Below, piece by piece: positions 31,686-40,264 of a DNA stretch of 50,230 nucleotides (its first letter is position 1; each line of letters starts with the position of its first letter). A program made the translations under genes and the position numbers. Origin of the DNA: a virus (Duplodnaviria > Caudoviricetes); the IMG/VR virus record IMGVR_UViG_3300027743_000008, positions 1 through 50,230 of that record; one strand, 5' to 3'. The notes beneath the pieces are model-generated. The model was not told the DNA's origin, made no database searches, and saw nothing but the letters and a program-made list of their open reading frames with translations.

Positions 31686-32771
31686 TCAGCCTCCTGCTCG
31701 TCTGGCGTTTTCAAGTCCTTGGAGTGCTGCTTCCATGAGGGATTTGGGTGCCGCGCGAGCAGAAGAAGGTGGGGTGCCTCCGTTCGGTAGTCTGGGCGTC
31801 GAGTTGGGCCGTGGCGTGAAGGATCGCATCTGGCGGTTGACCTCGTCGTAGGCTGCCTTGGTTATCGCAAGGGCGTCCTCGACAGTCGCTATGGTTCCGC
31901 CGCGTTCGAACAGCATGGCTTGCGCCGCCCTCCGGACGGAGGGTGCTTTAGCCTTGTAATCCGGGTCGCTCGCAGAGAGCCGAAGCTCGAAGTTGGAGAC
32001 GGCGCGCTGGACGTCGGCCTGAACCGCACGCACTTGCGAGACCTGCGTCTCCTGCGTGGTTTCCTTGAGTTCGAACTGCGTGCGCTGGTTGTCGAACCGC
32101 TGCCGCGCGAACTCCTTGGCCGCTGTCTCGGTCATGTGACCGGCGCGGACGCGCTCGGACAGGTCTTTCGGGAGGACAACCCCCAGATACTCCTGTGCTT
32201 GGCGCACGAACGGGGCAATCGTCTTGTAGAACGAAGCGTAGTCCCCGGCGCGCAGCATCGCTGCGATGCGCAGGGTTCCGGTGATGTCTTCGCCGGAAAG
32301 CTTGTTCGTGATGGCGAACTGCTCAAGCTCGCTGCCGATCTCGGCGGCAGGGCGAAGTGCAGCAACCTCGTTGCGCAACTCGCGCCGCTGTTTCAGCAGC
32401 TTGTTGATCTTCTTGCGAACGACCGGAGCCGCCTCTTGCGGGGCCTGCTCGTCGTCGTCCTCCGAAGACCCGTCGTCTGTCTCCTGACCTTCTTTCTCTG
32501 CCTGATCGGGTTTTTCTGGCTGGGTGCCGTCCGGGGGAGCGGACGTGTCGTCGTCCTTGGCCAGCACGTCGCGTTCGTTCGTGGCCGGAACCACCTTGAG
32601 AACTGCGTCGAGCAGGCTGGACTTGGACTGATCCCCTGAAGGAACCGGCGACGCTTCGGTCGCCGGGGTGCTTGGCGCAGGAGACGGGCTAGCCGACGGC
32701 GCTGCTGTCTCTTGTGAAGGAGAGGGGCTTGCGCTGTCCGCTGAAGCCGTGGGAGGTGCTTCGTCGGCCAT
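31686..32771 (-). CDS. Capsid scaffolding protein
   Basis: Acidic disordered N-terminus plus coiled coil; lies between portal and capsid. Confidence 0.75.
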   Translation of the reverse strand: MADEAPPTASADSASPSPSQETAAPSASPSPAPSTPATEASPVPSGDQSKSSLLDAVLKVVPATNERDVLAKDDDTSAPPDGTQPEKPDQAEKEGQETDDGSSEDDDEQAPQEAAPVVRKKINKLLKQRRELRNEVAALRPAAEIGSELEQFAITNKLSGEDITGTLRIAAMLRAGDYASFYKTIAPFVRQAQEYLGVVLPKDLSERVRAGHMTETAAKEFARQRFDNQRTQFELKETTQETQVSQVRAVQADVQRAVSNFELRLSASDPDYKAKAPSVRRAAQAMLFERGGTIATVEDALAITKAAYDEVNRQMRSFTPRPNSTPRLPNGGTPPSSARAAPKSLMEAALQGLENARRAGG

Positions 32772-32824
32772 CTATGTCTCTGACTGCGGTTGCGCCCGTT
32801 ATAGGCGCAAAGTTTTGCGACAGT

Positions 32825-35251
32825 CTACTGCAATCGTGTGGTCGGGCTTTGCCCCTCCGGCGAAGGACTGCTCTGGGGCGGCGTCGGCGTCTGGCTGTTG
32901 GTCGGAGACGGCTGCGGCGCGTTGAGCGATCCCTGCGGTCCCTGCGCGTTGGGGTCGCCCTGACCGGGCAGGCCCGGAATTTTCCCGGAGTTCATCGACG
33001 TGATCGACGGGAGACCGTCGGCAATCGCCTCGTCGACGTCGACCTTGTCGTCCATGCGCCGGATGGCTTCCTTGGCCAAGAACGACGGCTTGACGCCGGG
33101 AAGCTGCATCAGGATGGGTGCCAGTCTTTCGAAATTTTGCAGTTCCTGCGCTTGGTTCGGTCTCCCGGAAGAGCCAGCTTGTATTTCGAGATAGATGTCC
33201 CGCGCGACCTCCGACTTGGTCAGCACCGGCCACATCGCGCCGGGGCCGACGACCGACTTCACGACCTCTTCCGAAACATTGAGCAGAAGAATTTGACCAG
33301 CCGCCTTGGCCATTGCGTTGAGCGTCTCGTCGATGTCGTCGATGGAGGAGCCGGTGGCGTTGGCTTTGGCTGACGCGGCGTAGGAGGTTTCGGTCGCGGT
33401 ATCGCCGGATGTGCCGCCCAGATCAGCTTCTTGGTCTCCGACTGCCCTTTGAAGGTCTTGAAAGATCGGGTTGACCTCGTAGAGGTTCGGGTCAATTGGC
33501 GCTCCCTTTACAGCCTGTAACAATTGGTTGATGTCCTGCCCCGGCTGGAGGCCGGAGACACCGATCAGCGCGTTGACCGGGTGAGACCTGAACGCTTCGA
33601 GGTCGTCCTCGGACAGGGTTCCCTCGGCGTAGGCGGTCTTCGGCCGGTTGGCGATGCGATGCTCGCGCAGGCCCTGCCGCGCACGGTTCAGCTCACGCTG
33701 CATCGGGCGGATCAACTGGACGTCGGAGATCGGGTAAACCCTTCCGTCGACCTCGTTGAAGGCCGTCAGGAACCACGGCCAGAAGCGGTCGGTGTAGACC
33801 TCCGGCGCGGTAGGCTCGCCGAGGAAGTCCTTGTAGCCGTCGCATATCTTGTAAACGAGGCCGTCCTTCTTGTTGTAGACGTGCCAGACGACGCAGTTGC
33901 TGGTGTCGGCATCGTCGTCGATGCCTGTCTCCTTGGACCCGCCGGTCTCCCAGCTTTGCCTTGCGCGCTCGTAATCGGAGCCGACGTCCATGCGCTCGTA
34001 GGACGTGTGTCCCTTGGAGACGTCGACGCCGTATGTCTCCTGCACCTCGTTGACGCTGAGCAGGAACTCCTCGGCGACCCAGTCGCAACCCAAGAAATCC
34101 CGCAACTGGATGCAGTGCGGATCGGGGATGACAGCCGTCGATTTCGGCCATGAGAACACCAGCCCCTCGCGGACCACGATGTCCTGCTCTTTCGAGAGGG
34201 CGTCGAGGGTAAGGCGCAGTTGCTCGGCGCTGGCGCTGTCCATCTCTGTCTCGCCGTCGGCGAGGTCGGCCGAGATGCGCTCGACGAGCTGAAGCTGGCT
34301 CTGGATGTCGGCGATGCGGCTATCGAGGTCCGGGGACTTTCCCATGACGCGCTGGAAGCCGAGGCGGGTCCAGCCGACCCCTGAAGTAGCGGCTCTCCTG
34401 ACCGTCATCTTCATCATCGACTTGAACGACTGCTGCTGCTCGGAGAGTTCGTACTCGTAGAGGATTTCCAGCGTGCGGGCGATCTTGTTGAGCATCGTCA
34501 ACTGGCGCTTGACGTTCTGCGCGTCGGCGATGATCTCGTTGGCGCTGGCGATTTCGTCCGGCGGCGGCATCATCGGCATCGGCGGCATCGGCGCACCCAT
34601 GCCGGGTCCAGCTTCCGGCCCCGGCGCTCCGGGCGATCCGGCTGCGGCCGGGTTACCGCCGGGCAGCGGCGGAGACGCAGGCATGGCTCCGGGCTGCGGC
34701 ATCCCCGGCATCATGCCGGGGCCGTTGCCCATCGCCCCGGCCGACGCCAGCCCGAGGTTCTGGGCGATGCCCATCATCGCCATCATTCCGGCCTGCTGGG
34801 CCTGCTGCACGGTCTGTTGTGCCTGCGCGAGGCTCTCCATCGTGCCGTCCCAGACCGTCGACAAAATGCGCTGTCTCCTGCGGCAGATCGCCTTCGGGTT
34901 CTTGGCGTAGACGCTGGCGACCCGTTTTTGAATGTGCTGGAGGGTGATGTTCGCGATGTAGAGGTCGGCCGTGGCGACGTCATCGAACAGCACCTTCTTC
35001 GGGTCTTCCGGCCACTGCGCCCCGGCCGCGAACTTCTGGTCGGTCTCCATCTGCCGGAACGTCTTGTCCCAGAACGTCTTGCCGTGCTTGACCATGCTGG
35101 TCATGGCGTCGACGAGGGCTTTGCGCCTTGGCTCGGGTTCCGGCTGCTCGCGCTTGAGCATCGGCCCCTGTGTCTCCGGCGGCACCAGCAGGGGGTGCGG
35201 CTCGGGAGGAGGTCCGATATCGACGAGCGGGGGTTCGGGTGGGAGGGCCAT
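32825..35251 (-). CDS. Portal protein (P22-like size)
   Basis: About 808 aa directly after TerL; F..G.QW, LIRPMQ.ELN..R and TATE motifs; Pro/Gln-rich tail. Confidence 0.85.
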   Translation of the reverse strand: MALPPEPPLVDIGPPPEPHPLLVPPETQGPMLKREQPEPEPRRKALVDAMTSMVKHGKTFWDKTFRQMETDQKFAAGAQWPEDPKKVLFDDVATADLYIANITLQHIQKRVASVYAKNPKAICRRRQRILSTVWDGTMESLAQAQQTVQQAQQAGMMAMMGIAQNLGLASAGAMGNGPGMMPGMPQPGAMPASPPLPGGNPAAAGSPGAPGPEAGPGMGAPMPPMPMMPPPDEIASANEIIADAQNVKRQLTMLNKIARTLEILYEYELSEQQQSFKSMMKMTVRRAATSGVGWTRLGFQRVMGKSPDLDSRIADIQSQLQLVERISADLADGETEMDSASAEQLRLTLDALSKEQDIVVREGLVFSWPKSTAVIPDPHCIQLRDFLGCDWVAEEFLLSVNEVQETYGVDVSKGHTSYERMDVGSDYERARQSWETGGSKETGIDDDADTSNCVVWHVYNKKDGLVYKICDGYKDFLGEPTAPEVYTDRFWPWFLTAFNEVDGRVYPISDVQLIRPMQRELNRARQGLREHRIANRPKTAYAEGTLSEDDLEAFRSHPVNALIGVSGLQPGQDINQLLQAVKGAPIDPNLYEVNPIFQDLQRAVGDQEADLGGTSGDTATETSYAASAKANATGSSIDDIDETLNAMAKAAGQILLLNVSEEVVKSVVGPGAMWPVLTKSEVARDIYLEIQAGSSGRPNQAQELQNFERLAPILMQLPGVKPSFLAKEAIRRMDDKVDVDEAIADGLPSITSMNSGKIPGLPGQGDPNAQGPQGSLNAPQPSPTNSQTPTPPQSSPSPEGQSPTTRLQ

Positions 35252-36807
35252 TACCAACCTGCTTTCTCAGCGCCGTTCAACACGCGCTTTTCGAGGACCG
35301 ACGACTGCTTCACCCAGCCGAGGGTGCCGGGCTTTGGGCCTTGCTTCTTCGCCCTAATCGCGCCCGGAGACGCCTGCGCACCCAGACCGGAACCGATCCA
35401 CGCCAAGGCATCAACAAAGTCGTCTCTGGCCCCGAAAGGAAACTGGAGAAGTTCTTGACGCGCCTCCATCCACCACGGCGCGAAGGAAGGGAAGTAGACC
35501 ATCCCCATCGCCATGCGAGCCATGATGGACTGCGCTCTGGACTTTTTGTCATGGACGGGGGTGACCTCGCAGACGGATGTGAACGTCGACCTCTCCAGCA
35601 TCCGCTTGCGCAGGAAAGGGCCAATCGACTTCGAAATGTGGCCTCTTTCCGCCCACCAGTAGAGCGGCTTGTACTTGGCCATCAGGTCGATCATGCGCTC
35701 GACGGTCTGGTCTGTCGAGATATGCGCCCAGACGAGGTCTTCCATGATCCAGATGTTCTGGTCCTCGTCGACGCCGACCATCAAACAACAGGTCTTGTCG
35801 CGGTCCTGCGTGGTGGAGACAGCGTGGTCGCTCGACGCATAGAAACGCAGCCGGTCATTGGGTGGCCGGTCGTTCCTCCCATAGGTCTTAATCTTGTCGG
35901 CTGGGAAGAAATTCCCTTTCTCGGGAGTTGGTGAACCCTGATACAGCGCCTGAAAGCCGCGTGGGTCGGCGGCGCGCATCTCTTCCAGATACTGGACCGG
36001 GAAACGCTGGGGCCACAGCGCATCACCCGCTTTCCTGCCCAAAGGGTCTCCAACACCGAGAGACAGGGCGGGGAGGTCGATGATCTTCCATTTCGGACCC
36101 TCCACCGGGGAGTAGTCCGGGTTCTGGGGGTCTGTTAGCCGACCAACGAGATCGTCTTCATGCCAGCGGGTTTGAATAATCACGATCCAGCCCACGCTCG
36201 ACAGGAGGCGCGTTTTCGCGACCTGATTGTACCAAGACCAGAGTTTGTTCCGGGTGACGAGGCTGTCGGCTTCGACCCGGTCCTTGATCGGATCGTCGAT
36301 GAGGAGACCGATGGAGCCACGCCCGGTGATTGCAGACCCCCGGCCGACGAAAAAGAGCTTTCCGCCCTCGGTTGTCTCCACGCGGTCGACCGACGCTGTT
36401 CGGAGAGCCATGTCGGGGAAGACCTGTCGGTAGACGCTGTCCTCCATGATCTCCCGGACTTCTCGTCCAAAATCCCACGAAAGTTTGTCGCTGTAGGTCG
36501 CAAGGATGATGCTTTCTTCAGGGTGCCGCCCCTCGTACCACGCCGGGAACATCCGGCTCGAAAGCTGGCTCTTCCCGTGTCTCGGCGGCACGTTGATGAT
36601 CAGGCGCGGGATCAGGCCAAGCTCGACCTGCTCCAGCGCGGCAGCTATCGCCCGGTGATGCAGGGCCGTGATGTACTGGCTCTTGTCGGTGTCGTCCGGG
36701 TCGTTGGCGTCGGGCATCATGAAGCGAGCGAAATCGAGGAGGTCATCCTTCGCTGCGAGTGCGGCCCGACGCCGCTTGAGGGCCTTGAGGTATCTCGGGT
36801 CGGTCAC
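35251..36807 (-). CDS. terL: Terminase large subunit
   Basis: PPRHGKS, LIDDPIKD, QTRWHEDDL, ALYQG.P and RDDFVDALA motifs. Confidence 0.96.
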   Translation of the reverse strand: MTDPRYLKALKRRRAALAAKDDLLDFARFMMPDANDPDDTDKSQYITALHHRAIAAALEQVELGLIPRLIINVPPRHGKSQLSSRMFPAWYEGRHPEESIILATYSDKLSWDFGREVREIMEDSVYRQVFPDMALRTASVDRVETTEGGKLFFVGRGSAITGRGSIGLLIDDPIKDRVEADSLVTRNKLWSWYNQVAKTRLLSSVGWIVIIQTRWHEDDLVGRLTDPQNPDYSPVEGPKWKIIDLPALSLGVGDPLGRKAGDALWPQRFPVQYLEEMRAADPRGFQALYQGSPTPEKGNFFPADKIKTYGRNDRPPNDRLRFYASSDHAVSTTQDRDKTCCLMVGVDEDQNIWIMEDLVWAHISTDQTVERMIDLMAKYKPLYWWAERGHISKSIGPFLRKRMLERSTFTSVCEVTPVHDKKSRAQSIMARMAMGMVYFPSFAPWWMEARQELLQFPFGARDDFVDALAWIGSGLGAQASPGAIRAKKQGPKPGTLGWVKQSSVLEKRVLNGAEKAGW

Positions 36808-37412
36808 TTCTTCCTTGGCTTCGGATCGTCCTTATGCTCGGCGCGAGACAGCGGGATGCCGCCTGCGGTGCCGAACTCGTCGACCGATTTCTGCGCGGCG
36901 CGCTTGGTGGCGACGGCCTCGCGATCCGACGGCGGGATGTCCTCGTCGTCGCCGATGAAGACGTCGTCGTTCAACCCGGCTTCGGCAGCCTTGCGGTCAG
37001 CGATGTTGCCGAGGCTGTCCGGCTCGAACGCGGTATGCTCGTCGGCGCGGGTCGCCTTGGCCGGGGCCGGGCGCAAGCCCATCGGGTTGGCGCGCGGATC
37101 GTCAAGGTCGTTGGGGTCGTAGTCGAGGGTATCCGGGTTCGGGGGCCAAGTGTCCCTGTACAGCATCTCGCCGACGGTGCGCAAAATGCCGGAGACCTGC
37201 GTCTTGTCGGCCTTGCCCTTCCAGCGGTCGATGACCTCCTCGAAGCTTTCGCGGATTTCATCGTCGGAGACATTGGCGATCTTGGTCTTGTGCTCGTTCT
37301 TGCCGTCCGGCCCCTTGGTCTGGTCGTAGCCGCCGGTCGCCTTGCGATTGGCAACGGCAGCCCGTTCGGCCTCGTCGGCCTCGGCAGGTGTCATCACTCT
37401 GGTAGTGGCCAT
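36804..37412 (-). CDS. Hypothetical acidic protein upstream of TerL
   Basis: AAAGGA upstream; stop overlaps the terL start. Confidence 0.7.
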   Translation of the reverse strand: MATTRVMTPAEADEAERAAVANRKATGGYDQTKGPDGKNEHKTKIANVSDDEIRESFEEVIDRWKGKADKTQVSGILRTVGEMLYRDTWPPNPDTLDYDPNDLDDPRANPMGLRPAPAKATRADEHTAFEPDSLGNIADRKAAEAGLNDDVFIGDDEDIPPSDREAVATKRAAQKSVDEFGTAGGIPLSRAEHKDDPKPRKK

Positions 37413-37430
37413 GAGAGTTCCTTTCGGGTT

Positions 37431-38090
37431 CTAGGTGAACGTGAAGTCAATCGGCCCCGCAACCTGAGACCCGGTGTGGACCTCGACGGGGCAGACAGCA
37501 GGCACTGCGAACAACGAAGGCTTAACGCCCGTCGTGACTTCCGTATCCGAAACAAACGTGGTCGGCTCGATATATCCGTTGAAGACGATGATGCTGTCGG
37601 GGGTAAACCCGGTTCCGATGCACGACATGACGATGTCGGCGGCGTCTCCGGAGACAGCGGTCGCGGGAGACAGGCTGTCGAGCGTCGGAGCCGCCGGGGG
37701 TTCCGGCGCGACAGGGCCACCTTCGTAGGTCGTCCACGTCTCGTCAGCCCGGACGGTCTCGGCCTGCGTGTAAAGCCCGCGCACGGCGCGGTCCTTGTGC
37801 AGCACGTTCCTGTACTGGTCGACGACGGCAGTCAGCGCGTCCATGAAAGCCTGCTCGGTCTCGGGCATCTCTGTCTCCTGATCCTCTGGCCAGCCGCTCG
37901 GGCTGGATTTGACGTCTCGATAGGTGATCATATCCTCATCCTCCGGGATGAAATAGACGACGCCAACGACCACGGTAGGCCACGTCGTGTTGAGCTTGCG
38001 CAGGAACTCCTCGGGCGTCATTCCCATGCCAGCCGCCTCACGCGCCAGCCACGGCCGGGTGACGCCGACGGGGTCGTAAAGCTGGATCAT
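37431..38090 (-). CDS. IPT/TIG (Ig-like) domain protein
   Basis: PTLDSLSPATA...GTGFTPDS...F.G....TTFVSDTE.T at the C-terminus. Confidence 0.7.
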   Translation of the reverse strand: MIQLYDPVGVTRPWLAREAAGMGMTPEEFLRKLNTTWPTVVVGVVYFIPEDEDMITYRDVKSSPSGWPEDQETEMPETEQAFMDALTAVVDQYRNVLHKDRAVRGLYTQAETVRADETWTTYEGGPVAPEPPAAPTLDSLSPATAVSGDAADIVMSCIGTGFTPDSIIVFNGYIEPTTFVSDTEVTTGVKPSLFAVPAVCPVEVHTGSQVAGPIDFTFT

Positions 38091-38245
38091 ATGCGCCCCA
38101 ACAGGAACAGGATCAGGATGATCACCAGCACCAGCCCGATCAGCCCGCTGGGGCCGTAGCCCCATGAGCTGCTGTAACCCCAGTTGGGGAGAGCGCCAAG
38201 CAGGACGACGATCAAAATGATGATCAGAACAGTGGTCAGCGTCAT
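38087..38245 (-). CDS. DUF3309-family small membrane protein
   Basis: LLGALP.W.YS..WGYGPSG..GLVLVI..IL.LLGRI; AAGGAG upstream. Confidence 0.85.
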   Translation of the reverse strand: MTLTTVLIIILIVVLLGALPNWGYSSSWGYGPSGLIGLVLVIILILFLLGRI

Positions 38246-38823
38246 GGCGTGTCTCCTTCGATGCTCTCTTCGAGCGCGACGAGGAACTGGTCGTGGTAGG
38301 CGGCGATCAGCGTGTCGTCGTCGTTTCCGTTGATGATCTGTCGGGCGTTGACGGCGTCGTCGGTGGCGTCGTTGAAGTACTGACCCAGCTTCCGGCCGGT
38401 GAACCAACCCTCGGCCATTCCGCGAAACATAACGCGCGCGGCAATGAGACTATCGAGGGCGACTTCAGGGTGAGCCACGAGATCTCGGTCGTCGATGAGG
38501 CCAAGTGCAGCAGACGCATTGCGATAGTTCTCCTCCCACGTCAGCTGCACGAAACCGCGCCCGATGTAGGGGTAGTAGTCCTTGTCCTTGAGGTAGCTGT
38601 CGCTGCCGTACTCGGTGACCGGCCACATCTTGTAGGCGGTCTCATGGTAGGTGGTCGAGAGCATGTAGGCTAACCACCTGACGTCGTTCATCGGGCTCCC
38701 GGTCAGCTGGGTCTCCCAGAGCCCTAGGATCACGTTCTGGCCGTCGACGTTCTGCTGCGTCAGGGCTCCCTCGAACAGCACGTCCCGCACCACGGCAAAG
38801 TAAATATCCCTATCGAACCTCAT
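38242..38823 (-). CDS. Endolysin, GH19 chitinase/lysozyme-like
   Basis: AYML.T.YHETA, YIGRGFVQLTW..NY and ARQIING motifs. Confidence 0.88.
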   Translation of the reverse strand: MRFDRDIYFAVVRDVLFEGALTQQNVDGQNVILGLWETQLTGSPMNDVRWLAYMLSTTYHETAYKMWPVTEYGSDSYLKDKDYYPYIGRGFVQLTWEENYRNASAALGLIDDRDLVAHPEVALDSLIAARVMFRGMAEGWFTGRKLGQYFNDATDDAVNARQIINGNDDDTLIAAYHDQFLVALEESIEGDTP

Positions 38824-38906
38824 GACGTGAACCCCAGCCACAGGAGGACGACGACGATCACGATGAGCGCCAGCGTCATCATTGTCTGCGCCGAGAAGTT
38901 GCTCAT
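38820..38906 (-). CDS. 28-aa single-TM peptide (possible lysis accessory)
   Basis: MSNFSAQTMMTLALIVIVVVLLWLGFTS; overlaps both neighbours. Confidence 0.5.
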   Translation of the reverse strand: MSNFSAQTMMTLALIVIVVVLLWLGFTS

Positions 38907-39079
38907 CACGCCCCCTTGCACGCCGCGATCAGCGCCAGTTCGCGCTCTTGGACCCTTTCGGCGTTGGCGCTCGATATGAAATACACCATCGCCATCGTCA
39001 CGATCTGCAAGATCACAATCGACAAAAGGGCCGGATGGCCCCTGAGTTCGCCGACGGCGCTGGCGAGGTGCTGGATCAT
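38906..39079 (-). CDS. Small membrane protein, holin candidate
   Basis: 57 aa with one TM segment, upstream of the endolysin. Confidence 0.5.
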   Translation of the reverse strand: MIQHLASAVGELRGHPALLSIVILQIVTMAMVYFISSANAERVQERELALIAACKGA

Positions 39080-39471
39080 TCCAGTGCGGCGGTGAACGAG
39101 AACGGCTTCGGCGGCGTCTGGAAGATGCCGTTTCTGACCGAAATCTGCCAGACTTGAGCACCCACAACCGTCGAGGTGGCCAGCACGGTGGTCATCGAGG
39201 TCGCGGAGACAAAGGTCTTGGCGACCGGCACGTTGTTGACCAGCACTTCGCTGTTGGTGTTGAAGTTCGTGCCGGTCAGCGTGACGGTGGTGTTCGCGGC
39301 CCCGGCCACGGCGGTGACCGGCGAGATCGACGCCAGCGTCGGCGTGTTGGTCGAGTTGGTCTTCATCCACTCGGCGGCGTTCTCGGCATTCAGGAAGTGA
39401 TATTCCTTGCCGTCGTCGCCCTTGAGTTCGATCTTGAGGTCGCCACGCCTGCGGGCGCTGGTGATGATCAT
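39076..39471 (-). CDS. IPT/TIG (Ig-like) domain protein
   Basis: PTLASISP..A.AG....VTLTGTNF...TFVSATSMT...VRNG motif. Confidence 0.78.
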   Translation of the reverse strand: MIITSARRRGDLKIELKGDDGKEYHFLNAENAAEWMKTNSTNTPTLASISPVTAVAGAANTTVTLTGTNFNTNSEVLVNNVPVAKTFVSATSMTTVLATSTVVGAQVWQISVRNGIFQTPPKPFSFTAALE

Positions 39472-39473
39472 GG

Positions 39474-39854
39474 CTATGTCTCCTTTTGCCGCTTGCCTCT
39501 GGGGGCTGCGAGCTGCGCTTCGAAACCCGTGGGGGTGGACGCCGCGAAGGCGTTGGCGCGGCTGTCCCAGATCGTCGCCAGCGCAAACTCGATGTCGCCG
39601 TCCGGCACCGCCGCGCCGCCCTCGTTCTCGATAGTCTGGGTGATCGACGGATTGCTCGACACCAGATGCATCGACAGCATCAGCGCGTCCTCGTCGCCCC
39701 GGAAAATCCGGCTCGAATAGGCGGTGCGGTTGTCATGGTTGGCGGTGGCCGCGTCCTCGGCGGCGACGTTCTGCGCTACCTTCAGGCTGATGAAGCTGAC
39801 GCGGGTGTAGAACTCCGGCTTGGAGACTTCGGCAATGATGTCGCTACTGGCCAT
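39474..39854 (-). CDS. Hypothetical virion-associated protein
   Basis: MASSDIIAEV...VPDGDIEFA...WD; position in the late operon. Confidence 0.65.
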   Translation of the reverse strand: MASSDIIAEVSKPEFYTRVSFISLKVAQNVAAEDAATANHDNRTAYSSRIFRGDEDALMLSMHLVSSNPSITQTIENEGGAAVPDGDIEFALATIWDSRANAFAASTPTGFEAQLAAPRGKRQKET

Positions 39855-40026
39855 GAAGGTGATCCCATTCTTCCCCGGACATGATGTCGAACCGCTTGCG
39901 TTGCAGCCGCTCGACCCTTTCCCGGTACGCTGCGTTATCGGCTTTCGCCTCGTCTGACGCCGTGTCGATGTCGTCCAACAAGGCCCACAGCCGCACGGCT
40001 TTCTGCTCGATTTCGTTACTGGCCAC
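39844..40026 (-). CDS. Small hypothetical protein
   Basis: GGAGG upstream of GTG; LWALLDDIDTASD pattern. Confidence 0.6.
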   Translation of the reverse strand: MASNEIEQKAVRLWALLDDIDTASDEAKADNAAYRERVERLQRKRFDIMSGEEWDHLHGQ

Positions 40027-40264
40027 TGAGAGCCTCCCTGATTGTTTTGCCGCCGAACAGCGTGTCCGGCACGGCGGTGATGTTCTTGTCGACCGGCACC
40101 GCCGCAGGCTCGATGGTGCCGCCGCCTTCGAGGTAGCGCAGCCAGTCGCCTTGGGCGCAGGCGTCGTCCAACCACCAGACCATGCCCTTGTCGTCGACGG
40201 CGCGGATCAGCATGTCGGGCGGCGGCGCGTCGTTGACGACATACTGGGCGGAAACGATTGCCAT
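40016..40264 (-). CDS. Tail fibre-associated small protein (chaperone-like)
   Basis: Coupled to the fibre stop; DW..YL..GG.IEP pattern. Confidence 0.6.
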   Translation of the reverse strand: MAIVSAQYVVNDAPPPDMLIRAVDDKGMVWWLDDACAQGDWLRYLEGGGTIEPAAVPVDKNITAVPDTLFGGKTIREALSGQ

